Shown here: in pieces, positions 8,254 to 16,990 of the stretch
How positions within the stretch are numbered: the stretch's first letter is position 1
How the letters are laid out: every line of letters starts with the position of its first letter
Origin: an uncultured delta proteobacterium
GTDB taxonomy: Bacteria > Desulfobacterota > Syntrophia > Syntrophales > UBA8958
Assembly: GCA_903885795.1 (NCBI GenBank)
Contig: CAISJV010000052.1
Location: forward strand, 4,592 to 68,591
Direction: 5' to 3'
DNA: 64,000 nt
The notes under the pieces: generated by a model
What the model was told of the DNA's origin: nothing
The model's database searches: none
What the model saw: only the letters and a program-made list of their open reading frames with translations
Position numbers and translations under genes: made by a program

Positions 8254-8290
8254 AGGGGCCATATCCCGGTGGGGTATGGCCCCTTTATAT
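8254..8290 (+). terminator. Riboswitch expression-platform intrinsic terminator
   Basis: A 14-bp stem, AGGGGCCATATCCC-ggt-GGGGTATGGCCCCT, is followed by TTATATT. Confidence 0.75.
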
Positions 8291-8335
8291 TAATAATGGG
8301 GCTCTCATGACGGAGTCCCGTCATAAAGGGGGATG

Positions 8336-8377
8336 AAAGCGAAGCTTAGTGTTCATAAAGCGAAGCTTAGTGTCTAT
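8336..8377. repeat. 21-bp tandem duplication (2 copies)
   Basis: aaagcgaagcttagtgttcat / aaagcgaagcttagtgtctat, lying between the riboswitch terminator and thiN. Confidence 0.85.
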
Positions 8378-8393
8378 AGAATGACTGTGCAAG

Positions 8394-8428
8394 CCATCCC
8401 CTACCCTCCTCTTGAAGGAGAGGGAGAG
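8394..8428. repeat. CCATCCCC REP-like hairpin (copy E2)
   Basis: ccatcccctaccctcctcttgaaggagagggagag. It contains the spurious TTG start of the ORF-track thiN ORF. Confidence 0.75.
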
Positions 8429-8474
8429 CATAACGCAGTTGATTTATGAACATAAGAAGGTATTTTCAGGAGTA

Positions 8475-9131
8475 ATGGCGAAGGAAACCATTGTAATTAT
8501 TGCAGGTTCCGCTATCGAGGACATGGAGTTTCTCCGGCAGCGAATCGAAGCGGCAGCCCCGACGGCCGTTCTATGCGCCGACGGCGGGGCTCGTTATGCC
8601 CGTGCCCTCGGTATTATCCCCGACCTGATCATCGGGGACATGGATTCTCTGGAAGACGATTTGTTGCGGCATTTTGAAGAAAAAGGGGCTGCCGTTGCCC
8701 CTTATCCAGTCCGGAAGGACGAAACGGATACCCAGTTAGCCCTCACACGGGCGATGGCGATGAATCCCCAGGAAATCCTTATTTTTGGGGCGCTGGGGAA
8801 ACGCCTGGATCATACCCTGGCCAATCTCGGCCTTCTGATGATCGGTCTGGAAAAGGGCGTTCCCATAAAACTTCTCGATGAAGATTGTGAAGTCTTTGTC
8901 ATGGCGGGTGCAGCAACCGTCAGCGGGGAAAGGGGACAGACTGTATCCATCTTTCCCTGGGGAGGGGAAGCCCGTCATATTACCCTGGAAGGCTTCGAAT
9001 ATCCACTGGAAGATGCGACCATGATTCTGGCCCGTCCCTATGGGATCAGCAACCGGTTGACGGCGGAGGAGGGGCGGATCAAGGTCGATGAGGGCTGTTT
9101 ACTTGTGATTCACTATTTGAGTACACGATAA
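8475..9131 (+). CDS. thiN: Thiamine pyrophosphokinase
   Basis: ...CADGGA..., ...IGDMDS..., ...KDETDTQLAL..., ...GALGKRLDH... are TPK motifs. I prefer the ATG at 8475 (MAKETIVII), with AGGAG just upstream. Confidence 0.85.
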   Translation: MAKETIVIIAGSAIEDMEFLRQRIEAAAPTAVLCADGGARYARALGIIPDLIIGDMDSLEDDLLRHFEEKGAAVAPYPVRKDETDTQLALTRAMAMNPQEILIFGALGKRLDHTLANLGLLMIGLEKGVPIKLLDEDCEVFVMAGAATVSGERGQTVSIFPWGGEARHITLEGFEYPLEDATMILARPYGISNRLTAEEGRIKVDEGCLLVIHYLSTR

Positions 9132-9141
9132 GGAGTAAGTT

Positions 9142-9987
9142 TTGAATAATATAAAGAGAGTATTAACAATAGCCGGTTCCGATTCCGGCGGCGGCGCTGG
9201 AATCCAGGCGGATCTGAAGACTATCACCGTCCTGGGAGGATTTGGCATGAGCGTGATCACAGCCCTGACGGCCCAGAATACCATTGGTGTCCATGCCATC
9301 CACGAGGTGCCGCCAGCGTTTATCGCCGCCCAGTTTGACGCCGTTGCGACGGACATCGGTATTGACGCCGCCAAGACGGGGATGCTCGCCTCTCCGGCGA
9401 TCATGATGATCGTTGTGGAAAAGATCAGGCAATATGACATAAAAATACTTGTTGTCGACCCGGTCATGGTTGCCAAGGGAGGGGCGGCCCTCATGGATCC
9501 CAGGGCTCGCGATGTCTTGATCAAGGAGCTGTTGCCCCTGGCCCTGGTGGCAACGCCGAATATCCCGGAGGCAGAGATTCTCACCGATGTGATCATTGCT
9601 TCGGTGTCCGACATGAAGGCGGCGGCTAAAATCATTTATGATCTGGGCGTCCCGAATGTGATCGTCAAAGGAGGTCACCTCCTTGGGGCCGCGGTGGATG
9701 TCCTGTATGACGGACGGGATTTTTATGAATTCCCCTTTGAACGGATCAAGACGAGGGACACCCACGGGACGGGATGTACCTTCTCCGCCGCCCTCGCCAC
9801 GGTCCTTGCCAAAGGCATAACGATGCAGGAGGCTGTCGCCGAAGCGGAAGCTTACATGGCGGCTGCCATTCGTCACGCCCTGCGTCTCGGCGCCGGGCAT
9901 GGTCCCACTAATCATCTGGCGTATCTTTATGAAAAGACAAATCAACCCATCCCCGCCCTGACCCTCGGAGGGGAGGGAGAAATTTAG
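9142..9987 (+). CDS. thiD: Hydroxymethylpyrimidine/phosphomethylpyrimidine kinase
   Basis: VLTIAGSDSGGGAGIQADLKT..., ...VVDPVMVAKGG..., ...HGTGCTFSAA... The start is TTG with AAGGAG 6 nt upstream. The last ~13 codons run through REP copy E4. Confidence 0.9.
   Translation: MNNIKRVLTIAGSDSGGGAGIQADLKTITVLGGFGMSVITALTAQNTIGVHAIHEVPPAFIAAQFDAVATDIGIDAAKTGMLASPAIMMIVVEKIRQYDIKILVVDPVMVAKGGAALMDPRARDVLIKELLPLALVATPNIPEAEILTDVIIASVSDMKAAAKIIYDLGVPNVIVKGGHLLGAAVDVLYDGRDFYEFPFERIKTRDTHGTGCTFSAALATVLAKGITMQEAVAEAEAYMAAAIRHALRLGAGHGPTNHLAYLYEKTNQPIPALTLGGEGEI
9947..9979. repeat. CCATCCCC REP-like hairpin (copy E4) inside the 3' end of thiD
   Basis: ccatccccgccctgaccctcggaggggagggag encodes the ...PIPALTLGGEGEI* tail. 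Confidence 0.7.
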
Positions 9988-10026
9988 TTTTTGCGAGAAC
10001 GTCACAATTGGAGAGGTAGAGGAAAT

Positions 10027-11310
10027 ATGATGACTCAAATAGAACAAGCGCAACAAGGCGTTATCACCGAGGAAATGAAGATCTGCGCGGGACAGGAGGG
10101 GCGCGACCCCGAATTTATCCGCGCCGGGGTGGCGGACGGAACCATCGTTGTCATCCGTAATAACGGACACGGAAAGATCCCGCCTATAGCCATCGGCAAG
10201 GGCCTGCGGACCAAGATCAACGCCAATATCGGGACCTCCAAAGACCGGGTGGATGTGCAGGAAGAGCTTGAAAAGGTGCGGGTCTGCGCCGCCGCCGGGG
10301 CAGACACGATCATGGATCTTTCCACGGGAGGCGATATCCGGGCTATCCGTCAGGCCATCGTTGCGGCGTCGCCCCTGATAATTGGCACTGTCCCCATTTA
10401 TCAGGCGGCAGTGCGCCTGCTCGCTCAGGGCAAAGCTATTGTGGAGATGACCGCCGACGACATGTTTCAAGTAATCGAGGAAAACGGCCAGGATGGCGTG
10501 GATTTCATCACCGTCCACTGCGGGGTGACCCGGCGCAGCGTCGCCGCCGTCGAGGCCCAGGGCCGCCTGCTGGGAATCGTCAGCCGGGGAGGTTCCTTTA
10601 CCGCCCACTGGATGGCCTGCAATGACAAGGAAAACCCCCTGTATGAACAATACGACCGCCTGCTGGAGATTGCCCGGAAATACGAGATGGTTCTGAGCCT
10701 GGGAGACGGCCTGCGGCCGGGATGCCTTGCCGATGCCACGGACCGGGGGCAGATCCAGGAACTGATCCTGCTGGGGGAACTGGCAAAAAGGGCAAAGGAC
10801 CGGGGCGTCCAGGTAATGATCGAAGGGCCGGGGCACGTTCCCCTCAAGGATATTGAAAGCAACATCCTGCTACAGAAAAGAATCTGTGAAGGGGCCCCTT
10901 TCTACGTCCTCGGGCCGCTGCCGACGGACATCGCTCCGGGCTACGATCATCTCACTTCCGCCATCGGCGGCGCCATTGCCGGGGCGGCCGGGGCGGATTA
11001 TCTCTGCTACGTCACCCCGGCCGAACATCTCCGCCTGCCAACCCTGGCGGACGTCCGGGAAGGGGTCATTGCCTCCAAAATCGCGGCTCATATCGCCGAT
11101 TTAGCCAAGGGACTGCCGGGGGCGATGGACAAGGACCGGCGCATGGCGTCGTACCGGAAAGAATTCAACTGGCAGGGGCAGGTGGATGTATCCATCGATC
11201 CGGAACGAGCGGCGGAGCTCCTGGAAAAGAGCGCCAGCGCCAATGAAGAAGGCTGCACCATGTGCGGCGACTTGTGCGCTATTAAAATCGGCAAGATGAA
11301 AAATTCCTGA
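10027..11310 (+). CDS. thiC: Phosphomethylpyrimidine synthase (radical SAM)
   Basis: MMTQIEQAQQGVITEEMK..., ...TKINANIGTS..., ...DTIMDLSTGG..., and the C-terminal CTMCGDLC cluster motif. This is the short anaerobe-type ThiC. Confidence 0.95.
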   Translation: MMTQIEQAQQGVITEEMKICAGQEGRDPEFIRAGVADGTIVVIRNNGHGKIPPIAIGKGLRTKINANIGTSKDRVDVQEELEKVRVCAAAGADTIMDLSTGGDIRAIRQAIVAASPLIIGTVPIYQAAVRLLAQGKAIVEMTADDMFQVIEENGQDGVDFITVHCGVTRRSVAAVEAQGRLLGIVSRGGSFTAHWMACNDKENPLYEQYDRLLEIARKYEMVLSLGDGLRPGCLADATDRGQIQELILLGELAKRAKDRGVQVMIEGPGHVPLKDIESNILLQKRICEGAPFYVLGPLPTDIAPGYDHLTSAIGGAIAGAAGADYLCYVTPAEHLRLPTLADVREGVIASKIAAHIADLAKGLPGAMDKDRRMASYRKEFNWQGQVDVSIDPERAAELLEKSASANEEGCTMCGDLCAIKIGKMKNS

Positions 11311-11346
11311 CGGACAACCATCTCGAATGAACAAATGGAGGGCTCG

Positions 11347-11544
11347 ATGATTCAAAGTATGTGGGCGTTCGTCGTTGTCTCGGTAATTTTCTGGGCTGTT
11401 TTTTTTCTTCGGCCTCCCTTAACAGTGGAAAATGTAATTATGGGAGGTGTACCCTTAGCGTTTGTCCTGTTCTTCGGATACCGGTTCTGGAGGGCGAAAA
11501 AGGAGAACCCCCAGGCTTTGCCTGGTGATCACGATGACTACTGA
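11347..11544 (+). CDS. Small two-TM membrane protein (65 aa)
   Basis: MIQSMWAFVVVSVIFWAVFFL...GGVPLAFVLFFGYRFW... GGAGG lies 5 nt before the ATG at 11347. The ORF-track start at 11335 is also possible. Confidence 0.55.
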   Translation: MIQSMWAFVVVSVIFWAVFFLRPPLTVENVIMGGVPLAFVLFFGYRFWRAKKENPQALPGDHDDY

Positions 11545-11669
11545 TTCCGTTTCTAAATCAAAGCGCTATCTTCGTTGGCATCGGCAATCGGCTCCTCGAC
11601 GTATGAAAAATACGCCTCCGTCGCCTCTGCCTTGCCGCCTTGATTTCATCTTTGATTTAGAAACGGAAT
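11544..11669. repeat. 126-bp palindromic hairpin element B (perfect 20-bp terminal inverted repeats)
   Basis: attccgtttctaaatcaaag (11544-11563) is the exact reverse complement of 11650-11669. The central hairpin is GACGTAT-gaaaa-ATACGCCTC. It is homologous to element C (23772-23860). Confidence 0.9.
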
Positions 11670-11706
11670 GACATACTATCAGAGAAATGGCAGGGAGCGA
11701 TCCGTG

Positions 11707-13089
11707 ATGACGGCGACGATACCTGATAGCTTGACGGGGATGGGTCAAGGAGCACTCCATGTTGTGCGGACCCTGCGCAACGCCGGCCATGAAGCGTTTT
11801 TCGTCGGGGGCTGTGTTCGGGATCTTCTCCTGGGTGAGGTCCCTGATGATTACGATATTGTAACTTCCGCCCACCCGGATGTGGTTCAGACGCTCTTTCC
11901 CCGCACTTATCCCGTGGGGGTCAGTTTCGGTGTGATCCTCGTCAGCGAGGGCGACTTTCTCTATGAAGTGGCCACTTATCGGAAAGAGGCGGAATACACG
12001 GATGGCCGCCATCCCTCCCAGGTATCCTTCGCCACGGCGAAAGAGGACGTTTACCGACGCGACTTTACCGTCAACGGTCTCCTCATGGATCCCGAAACTG
12101 GGGAGGCTGTCGATTATGTAGGCGGTGTAGCGGATATTGAAAGACGGGTGATCAGGACCGTCGGCAATCCGGAAGAAAGATTTGCCGAAGATCACCTGCG
12201 GATGCTCCGGGCCGTCCGTTTTGCCGCCAATCTCGGTTTTCTCATCGACGTGGAAACATTAGGGGCGATCAAACAGCATTCGGCGGACATTGCCAGGGTC
12301 AGCGCCGAACGGATACGGGAGGAAATGACCCGGATTCTCATCGGTCCCGGCCCCCGTCAAGGCATGGAATTGTTGCAGGCTACGGGACTATTGTCGCAAC
12401 TCCTTCCCGAAATCGAGGCTTTACGGGGGGTCAGCCAGCCGCCCCAGTTTCATCCCGAGGGGGACGTCTGGGAGCATACACTGACCATGCTCGCCCTGCT
12501 GCCCCTTGAAGAAAGACGGCATGATACGGAGGCCGGTGGCCGGTTGGCCTGGGCGGTCCTCCTTCATGATGCCGGCAAACCGGCAACACGCACGGAGAGT
12601 GAGACGGGGGTTCATTTCTATGGTCATGTGCAAAAGGGGGTAGAGATCGCCGCCGCAATCATGAGGCGTTTGAAGTTTTCCAAGGCGGATTTCGACGTTG
12701 TTCTGGCCCTCACCGAGAACCACATGCGTTTCATGCATGTTCAGGATATGCGGTCCAATACGGTGAAGAAGTTCCTGAGAATGCCCGATTTCGATCTCCA
12801 TCTGGCTCTCCACCGCCTCGATTGTCTGGGGAGCCACGGCCATCTCGACAATGACTTATTCTGCAGGGGAAAGCTCAAAGAACTGACGACGGAGGACCTG
12901 CGTCCCCCCCGGCTTATGACGGGCCACGATCTGCTCGCCCTTGGTTTCCAGCCCGGACCGCTGGTCAGGGAGATTCTGAACGCCCTTGAAGACGCCCAGC
13001 TCAACGGTGAGATTGCCACCGCCCAGGAAGCGCAGCAGCTTGTTATTTCCCGTTTTTTGCCAGGATCTGCCGTAAACGGTCATGAATGA
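11707..13089 (+). CDS. cca: CCA-adding tRNA nucleotidyltransferase with HD domain
   Basis: ...AFFVGGCVRDLLLG...DYDIVT..., ...RDFTVNGL..., ...LLHDAGKP... The start is uncertain. The ATG at 11668 lies inside repeat B, and the ATG at 11707 has GGGAG upstream. Confidence 0.85.
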   Translation: MTATIPDSLTGMGQGALHVVRTLRNAGHEAFFVGGCVRDLLLGEVPDDYDIVTSAHPDVVQTLFPRTYPVGVSFGVILVSEGDFLYEVATYRKEAEYTDGRHPSQVSFATAKEDVYRRDFTVNGLLMDPETGEAVDYVGGVADIERRVIRTVGNPEERFAEDHLRMLRAVRFAANLGFLIDVETLGAIKQHSADIARVSAERIREEMTRILIGPGPRQGMELLQATGLLSQLLPEIEALRGVSQPPQFHPEGDVWEHTLTMLALLPLEERRHDTEAGGRLAWAVLLHDAGKPATRTESETGVHFYGHVQKGVEIAAAIMRRLKFSKADFDVVLALTENHMRFMHVQDMRSNTVKKFLRMPDFDLHLALHRLDCLGSHGHLDNDLFCRGKLKELTTEDLRPPRLMTGHDLLALGFQPGPLVREILNALEDAQLNGEIATAQEAQQLVISRFLPGSAVNGHE

Positions 13090-13450
13090 GCTGTGAGGCG
13101 ATATTGCTGCCCCCCATGCCGACCAAAATTGACACGTCGGTCTTGTCTTTTTCCTTGAACTCCACCTCGAAGGTAACCTTTTCACCTTGAAGCGTGGCGA
13201 TTATGCTCGCTTTGCCGATTTTAACCTGTTTTTCGTTGGTTACGGCCTTCATGTCCTTGAGGGTGTCGTCGATTCCCTTGCAGACCGTATCGAAAGAATA
13301 AGGGTACGAGCCAATCATGTAACCGCTGGAACGAACAAATTGCCCGTCCTGCACGCCCATAGATTTTCCTCCGACCACGACGCCCCCTTCACAGCCCGCC
13401 AGCAGCCCGATGATGAAGATCAAGGTGATGATAGAAATAGCTTTTTTCAT
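13043..13450 (-). CDS. Lipoprotein of unknown function
   Basis: Strong RBS GGAGGAGG. Lipobox MKKAISIITLIFIIGLLAG-C. The 3' end overlaps the cca 3' end by 47 nt. Confidence 0.75.
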   Translation of the reverse strand: MKKAISIITLIFIIGLLAGCEGGVVVGGKSMGVQDGQFVRSSGYMIGSYPYSFDTVCKGIDDTLKDMKAVTNEKQVKIGKASIIATLQGEKVTFEVEFKEKDKTDVSILVGMGGSNIASQLIHDRLRQILAKNGK

Positions 13451-13469
13451 TTTTCCTCCTCCTAATTTT

Positions 13470-14327
13470 TTACCGGAAGTACGCCATGTACTGAAAAAGC
13501 TGGTAAAATGCCGACAGGGCCGCCCAGATCAACAGACCGGCGGTTCCGAAGATGCAGACATTTCCCAGGATGCGATGAAATGATGTTTCCTTGTGCCGAT
13601 CCTCGTAACCGAGAATGAACGCCGCTGCAATTCCCATAACCAGGCCGCCTCCGTGTGCCCAGTTGTTGATTCCCGGTATGAGGAGGCCGAAGAGGACAAG
13701 GCCAACGACCCAGCCCATGGCCTGACGGTACATTGCATCCCCGTAAAAACCGCCCCGGCTCTTGGCGAAGTAGAGAATGGCCCCGATGAGGCCGCAGATG
13801 CTCGCCGAAGCACCGATGGTGAAGGGAATCCCTGCCAGATAGGAAAGGAAAAAGCCGGCGACTCCCGTCACGGTATAGATGACGGCGAAACGATGAACGC
13901 CGAATTCGGCAACTACAAAGGGCCCCAATTGATTGAGGGCCATCATGTTGAAGAAGATGTGGAGAATGCCGCCGTGGAGAAAGGAGGCGGTGATCAGGGT
14001 CCACCAGCGATGAAACTGGGTAATCGGCAGAGATCCCGTGGCCCCCAGTAAGAACAGACTGCTTTCCGAGGGGGAAAAGAGCAGTAAGGGGTTCATGGTA
14101 ATGCCTATTCCGGCGGGATTGATGAGGATGGACAGGAGATAAAAGGCGACATTAGCGTAAATGATCAGCCGGACGAGATCGAGATTGCCCCCTGTCCAGC
14201 GGCTCAGGAAAGAATTGCGCCAGCGCGATCCCGGATTGGCAATGCCGCAATAGGGACATGCCTGCTCATCGAGACTGATCAGCTTGCGGCAATTGGGACA
14301 AAGGCCGGAGGTTCTTGGGGAAGCCAT
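13470..14327 (-). CDS. Rhomboid family intramembrane serine protease with N-terminal zinc ribbon
   Basis: CPNCRK...CPYCG, then ...WWTLITASFLHGGILHIFFNMMAL... and the catalytic GASASICGLIGA and ...AHGGGLVMG. Confidence 0.85.
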   Translation of the reverse strand: MASPRTSGLCPNCRKLISLDEQACPYCGIANPGSRWRNSFLSRWTGGNLDLVRLIIYANVAFYLLSILINPAGIGITMNPLLLFSPSESSLFLLGATGSLPITQFHRWWTLITASFLHGGILHIFFNMMALNQLGPFVVAEFGVHRFAVIYTVTGVAGFFLSYLAGIPFTIGASASICGLIGAILYFAKSRGGFYGDAMYRQAMGWVVGLVLFGLLIPGINNWAHGGGLVMGIAAAFILGYEDRHKETSFHRILGNVCIFGTAGLLIWAALSAFYQLFQYMAYFR

Positions 14328-14328
14328 G

Positions 14329-15498
14329 TTACACCTTGGTAAAAAAGTACTTCATGACTACAGGAATGGCCACCAGCGTGCCGACGGAGGTGGTCAGATT
14401 AACGAATGCCACCAGGATCAATAACCTGGTAATCTTGTTGCGTAAAAATCCCCGTACCGAGCTGATGTCGTCCTTCAGGGCCAGGAAATCCCGGACCTGG
14501 GGCTTGCGCAGAGTCGCCTCGACAAGACCGGCGATCCAGCCCGTGGCAATCAGCGGGTGAATCGTAGCAATGGGGGCCGACAGGGCGGAGGCAAGAATCG
14601 TCAAGGGATGGGCCAGCATGATCAGGGCGCCGACGCCGGCGCAGGCAGCCGTGATGGCCGACCACATGATGATCATGTCCACGCTTGCCTTGCCGCCGGA
14701 GTAAAAGAAGCCGGCAATGAACATCAAGACGATAACGGCGGAAAATCCCCAGCCGGCGTATCGTGTCCAGAGTCCCGGCGGCGGTATCTGGTTGATGGCC
14801 TCCATGTCCACAAAATGGCCGATGTGCGTTTTGATGCCCGGTACATGCCCGGCGCCGACGATAGCGACAATCTTCTGTCCAGCGGCGTGGCTGATGGTAT
14901 GGGACAGGTACTCGTCCCGTTCATCGATGAGGGTTGTCTTTAAGGACGGGAGCTTTTCCCCGAAGGTCTGGAGGGCCACTTCGAGGACGTCCTGCTGATT
15001 GAGCTTTTCTATCTCTTCTTCCGTAATGTCTTCGGTGTAGAAAAGGGAGACGATCATCTCGGGGAGAACCCGGATCTTTGTCCAGAAGCCCATCTTCCGC
15101 CAGGCCCGCAGGAGGGTGACCCGGATTTCCCGGTCCGCCAGGACGATGACCGCCCCCACTTCCTCCGCCTTGGCAACGGCCCTGATCATTTCCTCGCCGG
15201 GAGTAATGCCGAACTTTTCGGCGATCTTCTTCTGGAAAGAGGCCAAGAGCAACTGAAACAGGAGGACGGAGGTCCGTTTCTCCCTGATCACCTTGACAAT
15301 ATTCATTTCCTGCCATTTATCACGCTGCTTGATAGCCTCGTAGCGTGATTTGCAGAGTTCTACGCAGACGGCGTCAGGATGTTCTGTGGCGATAACCGCC
15401 TCGGCCAACTCGGCGCTCTCCCGGGAAACATGGGCGACGCCGACGAGAATCAATTCTTTGCCTTCATAAGTAAGGCGGTGTATATTGGGATTGTCCAA
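14329..15498 (-). CDS. TraB/GumN family protein
   Basis: ...KELILVGVAHVSRESAELAE... and ...AIVGAGHVPG... with C-terminal TM helices. The start is TTG. Confidence 0.8.
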   Translation of the reverse strand: MDNPNIHRLTYEGKELILVGVAHVSRESAELAEAVIATEHPDAVCVELCKSRYEAIKQRDKWQEMNIVKVIREKRTSVLLFQLLLASFQKKIAEKFGITPGEEMIRAVAKAEEVGAVIVLADREIRVTLLRAWRKMGFWTKIRVLPEMIVSLFYTEDITEEEIEKLNQQDVLEVALQTFGEKLPSLKTTLIDERDEYLSHTISHAAGQKIVAIVGAGHVPGIKTHIGHFVDMEAINQIPPPGLWTRYAGWGFSAVIVLMFIAGFFYSGGKASVDMIIMWSAITAACAGVGALIMLAHPLTILASALSAPIATIHPLIATGWIAGLVEATLRKPQVRDFLALKDDISSVRGFLRNKITRLLILVAFVNLTTSVGTLVAIPVVMKYFFTKV

Positions 15499-15573
15499 AG
15501 TATTGTACTCCGATAACTATTGACTTGATGACGGGTCATTAGCAATAATCGCCGGGATTGTAAAGGGAAACAA

Positions 15574-15600
15574 CAAATAGGGGGATAAGACCCCTATTTG
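15574..15600. promoter_or_regulatory. Perfect 10-bp stem hairpin/palindrome CAAATAGGGG-gataaga-CCCCTATTTG
   Basis: Read directly from the sequence. It ends 7 nt before the first in-frame ATG of the RumA-like gene, in the traB/rumA divergent region. Confidence 0.4.
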
Positions 15601-15607
15601 TCCATGG

Positions 15608-16990
15608 ATGATTTGCATGAATATTACAGAGAAAGTTTCCCTCCTTAGGGAGGGGATGATCATTCCCGTTGTCATCAATGATATCGCTTTTGGCGGCGAG
15701 GGAGTGGGCCGCTATCAAAATCAGGCCATCTTTGTCCCCTATACCGCCCCGGAGGACGAGGTATTGGCGAAGGTCACTGAGGTTAAGAAGCGGCATGCCC
15801 ACGGAATAATACACGAACTTGTCAAGTATTCTCCGTTGCGTATTGCCCCCCGGTGCTCTCATTTCACCCAGTGCGGAGGCTGCGACTATCAGCATCTTTC
15901 CTATCCGGACCAATTGGCGATCAAAAAGACGCAGGTAGTGGAGGCCTTCCGGCGTATCGGCTGCTTTCCCGACCCGCCGGTAGCGGACGTGATCGCGTCG
16001 CCTCGGCCCTTTAAATACCGGGGGAAGGCGGATTTCTGGATCGGGAAGCGGGACGGGCAGGATGGGGTGGCCGGTTTTCTCCGTTCGAAAAGCCGGGACA
16101 TTGTTGATGCAGGTCGCTGTGAAATAATTGCCGAATCTCTTAATCAGGCCCTTCAGGGGCTTCATGAGCAGGTGCGGGAATCCCCTGTCACCGTCAGCAG
16201 ACGGCAAGTTACGGCCTGGTCCTGGGGGAGGGAGATCGGGGCGGATATCCCGGCTGCAGCTCTGAATTATCCCGTGTTGGAAGAGGCGCTTCGCAGTCGG
16301 TCGTTAACCCCGGACCTTTCCCATGCTACCGCCGACGGTGTCGCTTTCATTGACCTTCTGGACCTCTGGCCCGTTCATGCCGACACCGCCGGCGACCTCG
16401 TCTTTTGTGGTGCTGTTGTCCACAGGATTGTCAAGGGTAGGACATTTCTAGTTCCGGCCCAAGGGTTTTTTCAGGCCAATCTCTATCTGCTGGAGCAACT
16501 GGTGGATGCCGTCGTCGCGATGTGCGCCCTGACAGGCCGGGAGTCGGTTCTCGACGCCTACTGCGGATCGGGATTATTCTCCATGTTCTTAGCCCCCGCC
16601 GCCCGCCGGATCTTCGGCATCGAGCTATGGGGGAAAGCAATAACCTGTGCCCGGGAAAACTTAGAGCGGGCGGGTCATGACAACGCCGACTTCATTATCG
16701 GCGATGCGGGGGAAGTTATGCAAAGCCAATTTGTTGCCAGACGGCAATTTCTTGATGTCCTGGTCCTCGACCCGCCCCGTACAGGTTGTCCCAACAAAGT
16801 ACTCACATCTGTCAATAGGCTGAGGCCCAAACGGATTGTTTATGTTTCCTGCAATCCCGCCACCCAGGCCCGGGATTGCCGTTTTCTTGCCAATCATGGC
16901 TACACACTGCATGACCTGCAAGCCTTCGACATGTTTCCCCAGACCAGTCATATAGAAGTTGTCGCCCTCCTCCTGTTACAAGAAAAATGA
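15608..16990 (+). CDS. TRAM-domain 23S rRNA (uracil-5-)-methyltransferase (RumA/RlmD family)
   Basis: TRAM domain (...VVINDIAFGGEGVGRY..AIFVPYTAP.E), Fe-S Cys cluster (C..F.QCGGC), SAM fold (...LDAYCGSGLFS...), catalytic ...VYVSCNPAT. The start may be the ATG at 15617. Confidence 0.85.
   Translation: MICMNITEKVSLLREGMIIPVVINDIAFGGEGVGRYQNQAIFVPYTAPEDEVLAKVTEVKKRHAHGIIHELVKYSPLRIAPRCSHFTQCGGCDYQHLSYPDQLAIKKTQVVEAFRRIGCFPDPPVADVIASPRPFKYRGKADFWIGKRDGQDGVAGFLRSKSRDIVDAGRCEIIAESLNQALQGLHEQVRESPVTVSRRQVTAWSWGREIGADIPAAALNYPVLEEALRSRSLTPDLSHATADGVAFIDLLDLWPVHADTAGDLVFCGAVVHRIVKGRTFLVPAQGFFQANLYLLEQLVDAVVAMCALTGRESVLDAYCGSGLFSMFLAPAARRIFGIELWGKAITCARENLERAGHDNADFIIGDAGEVMQSQFVARRQFLDVLVLDPPRTGCPNKVLTSVNRLRPKRIVYVSCNPATQARDCRFLANHGYTLHDLQAFDMFPQTSHIEVVALLLLQEK

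Noticed and set aside
9163-10836. 557-aa ORF on the minus strand, the longest non-listed ORF in this region
   Set aside because: It runs antisense across thiD and thiC, whose plus-strand products match well-known families over their full length. Its translation is Gly/Arg/Pro/His-rich low complexity, as expected for the antisense frame of GC-rich coding DNA.
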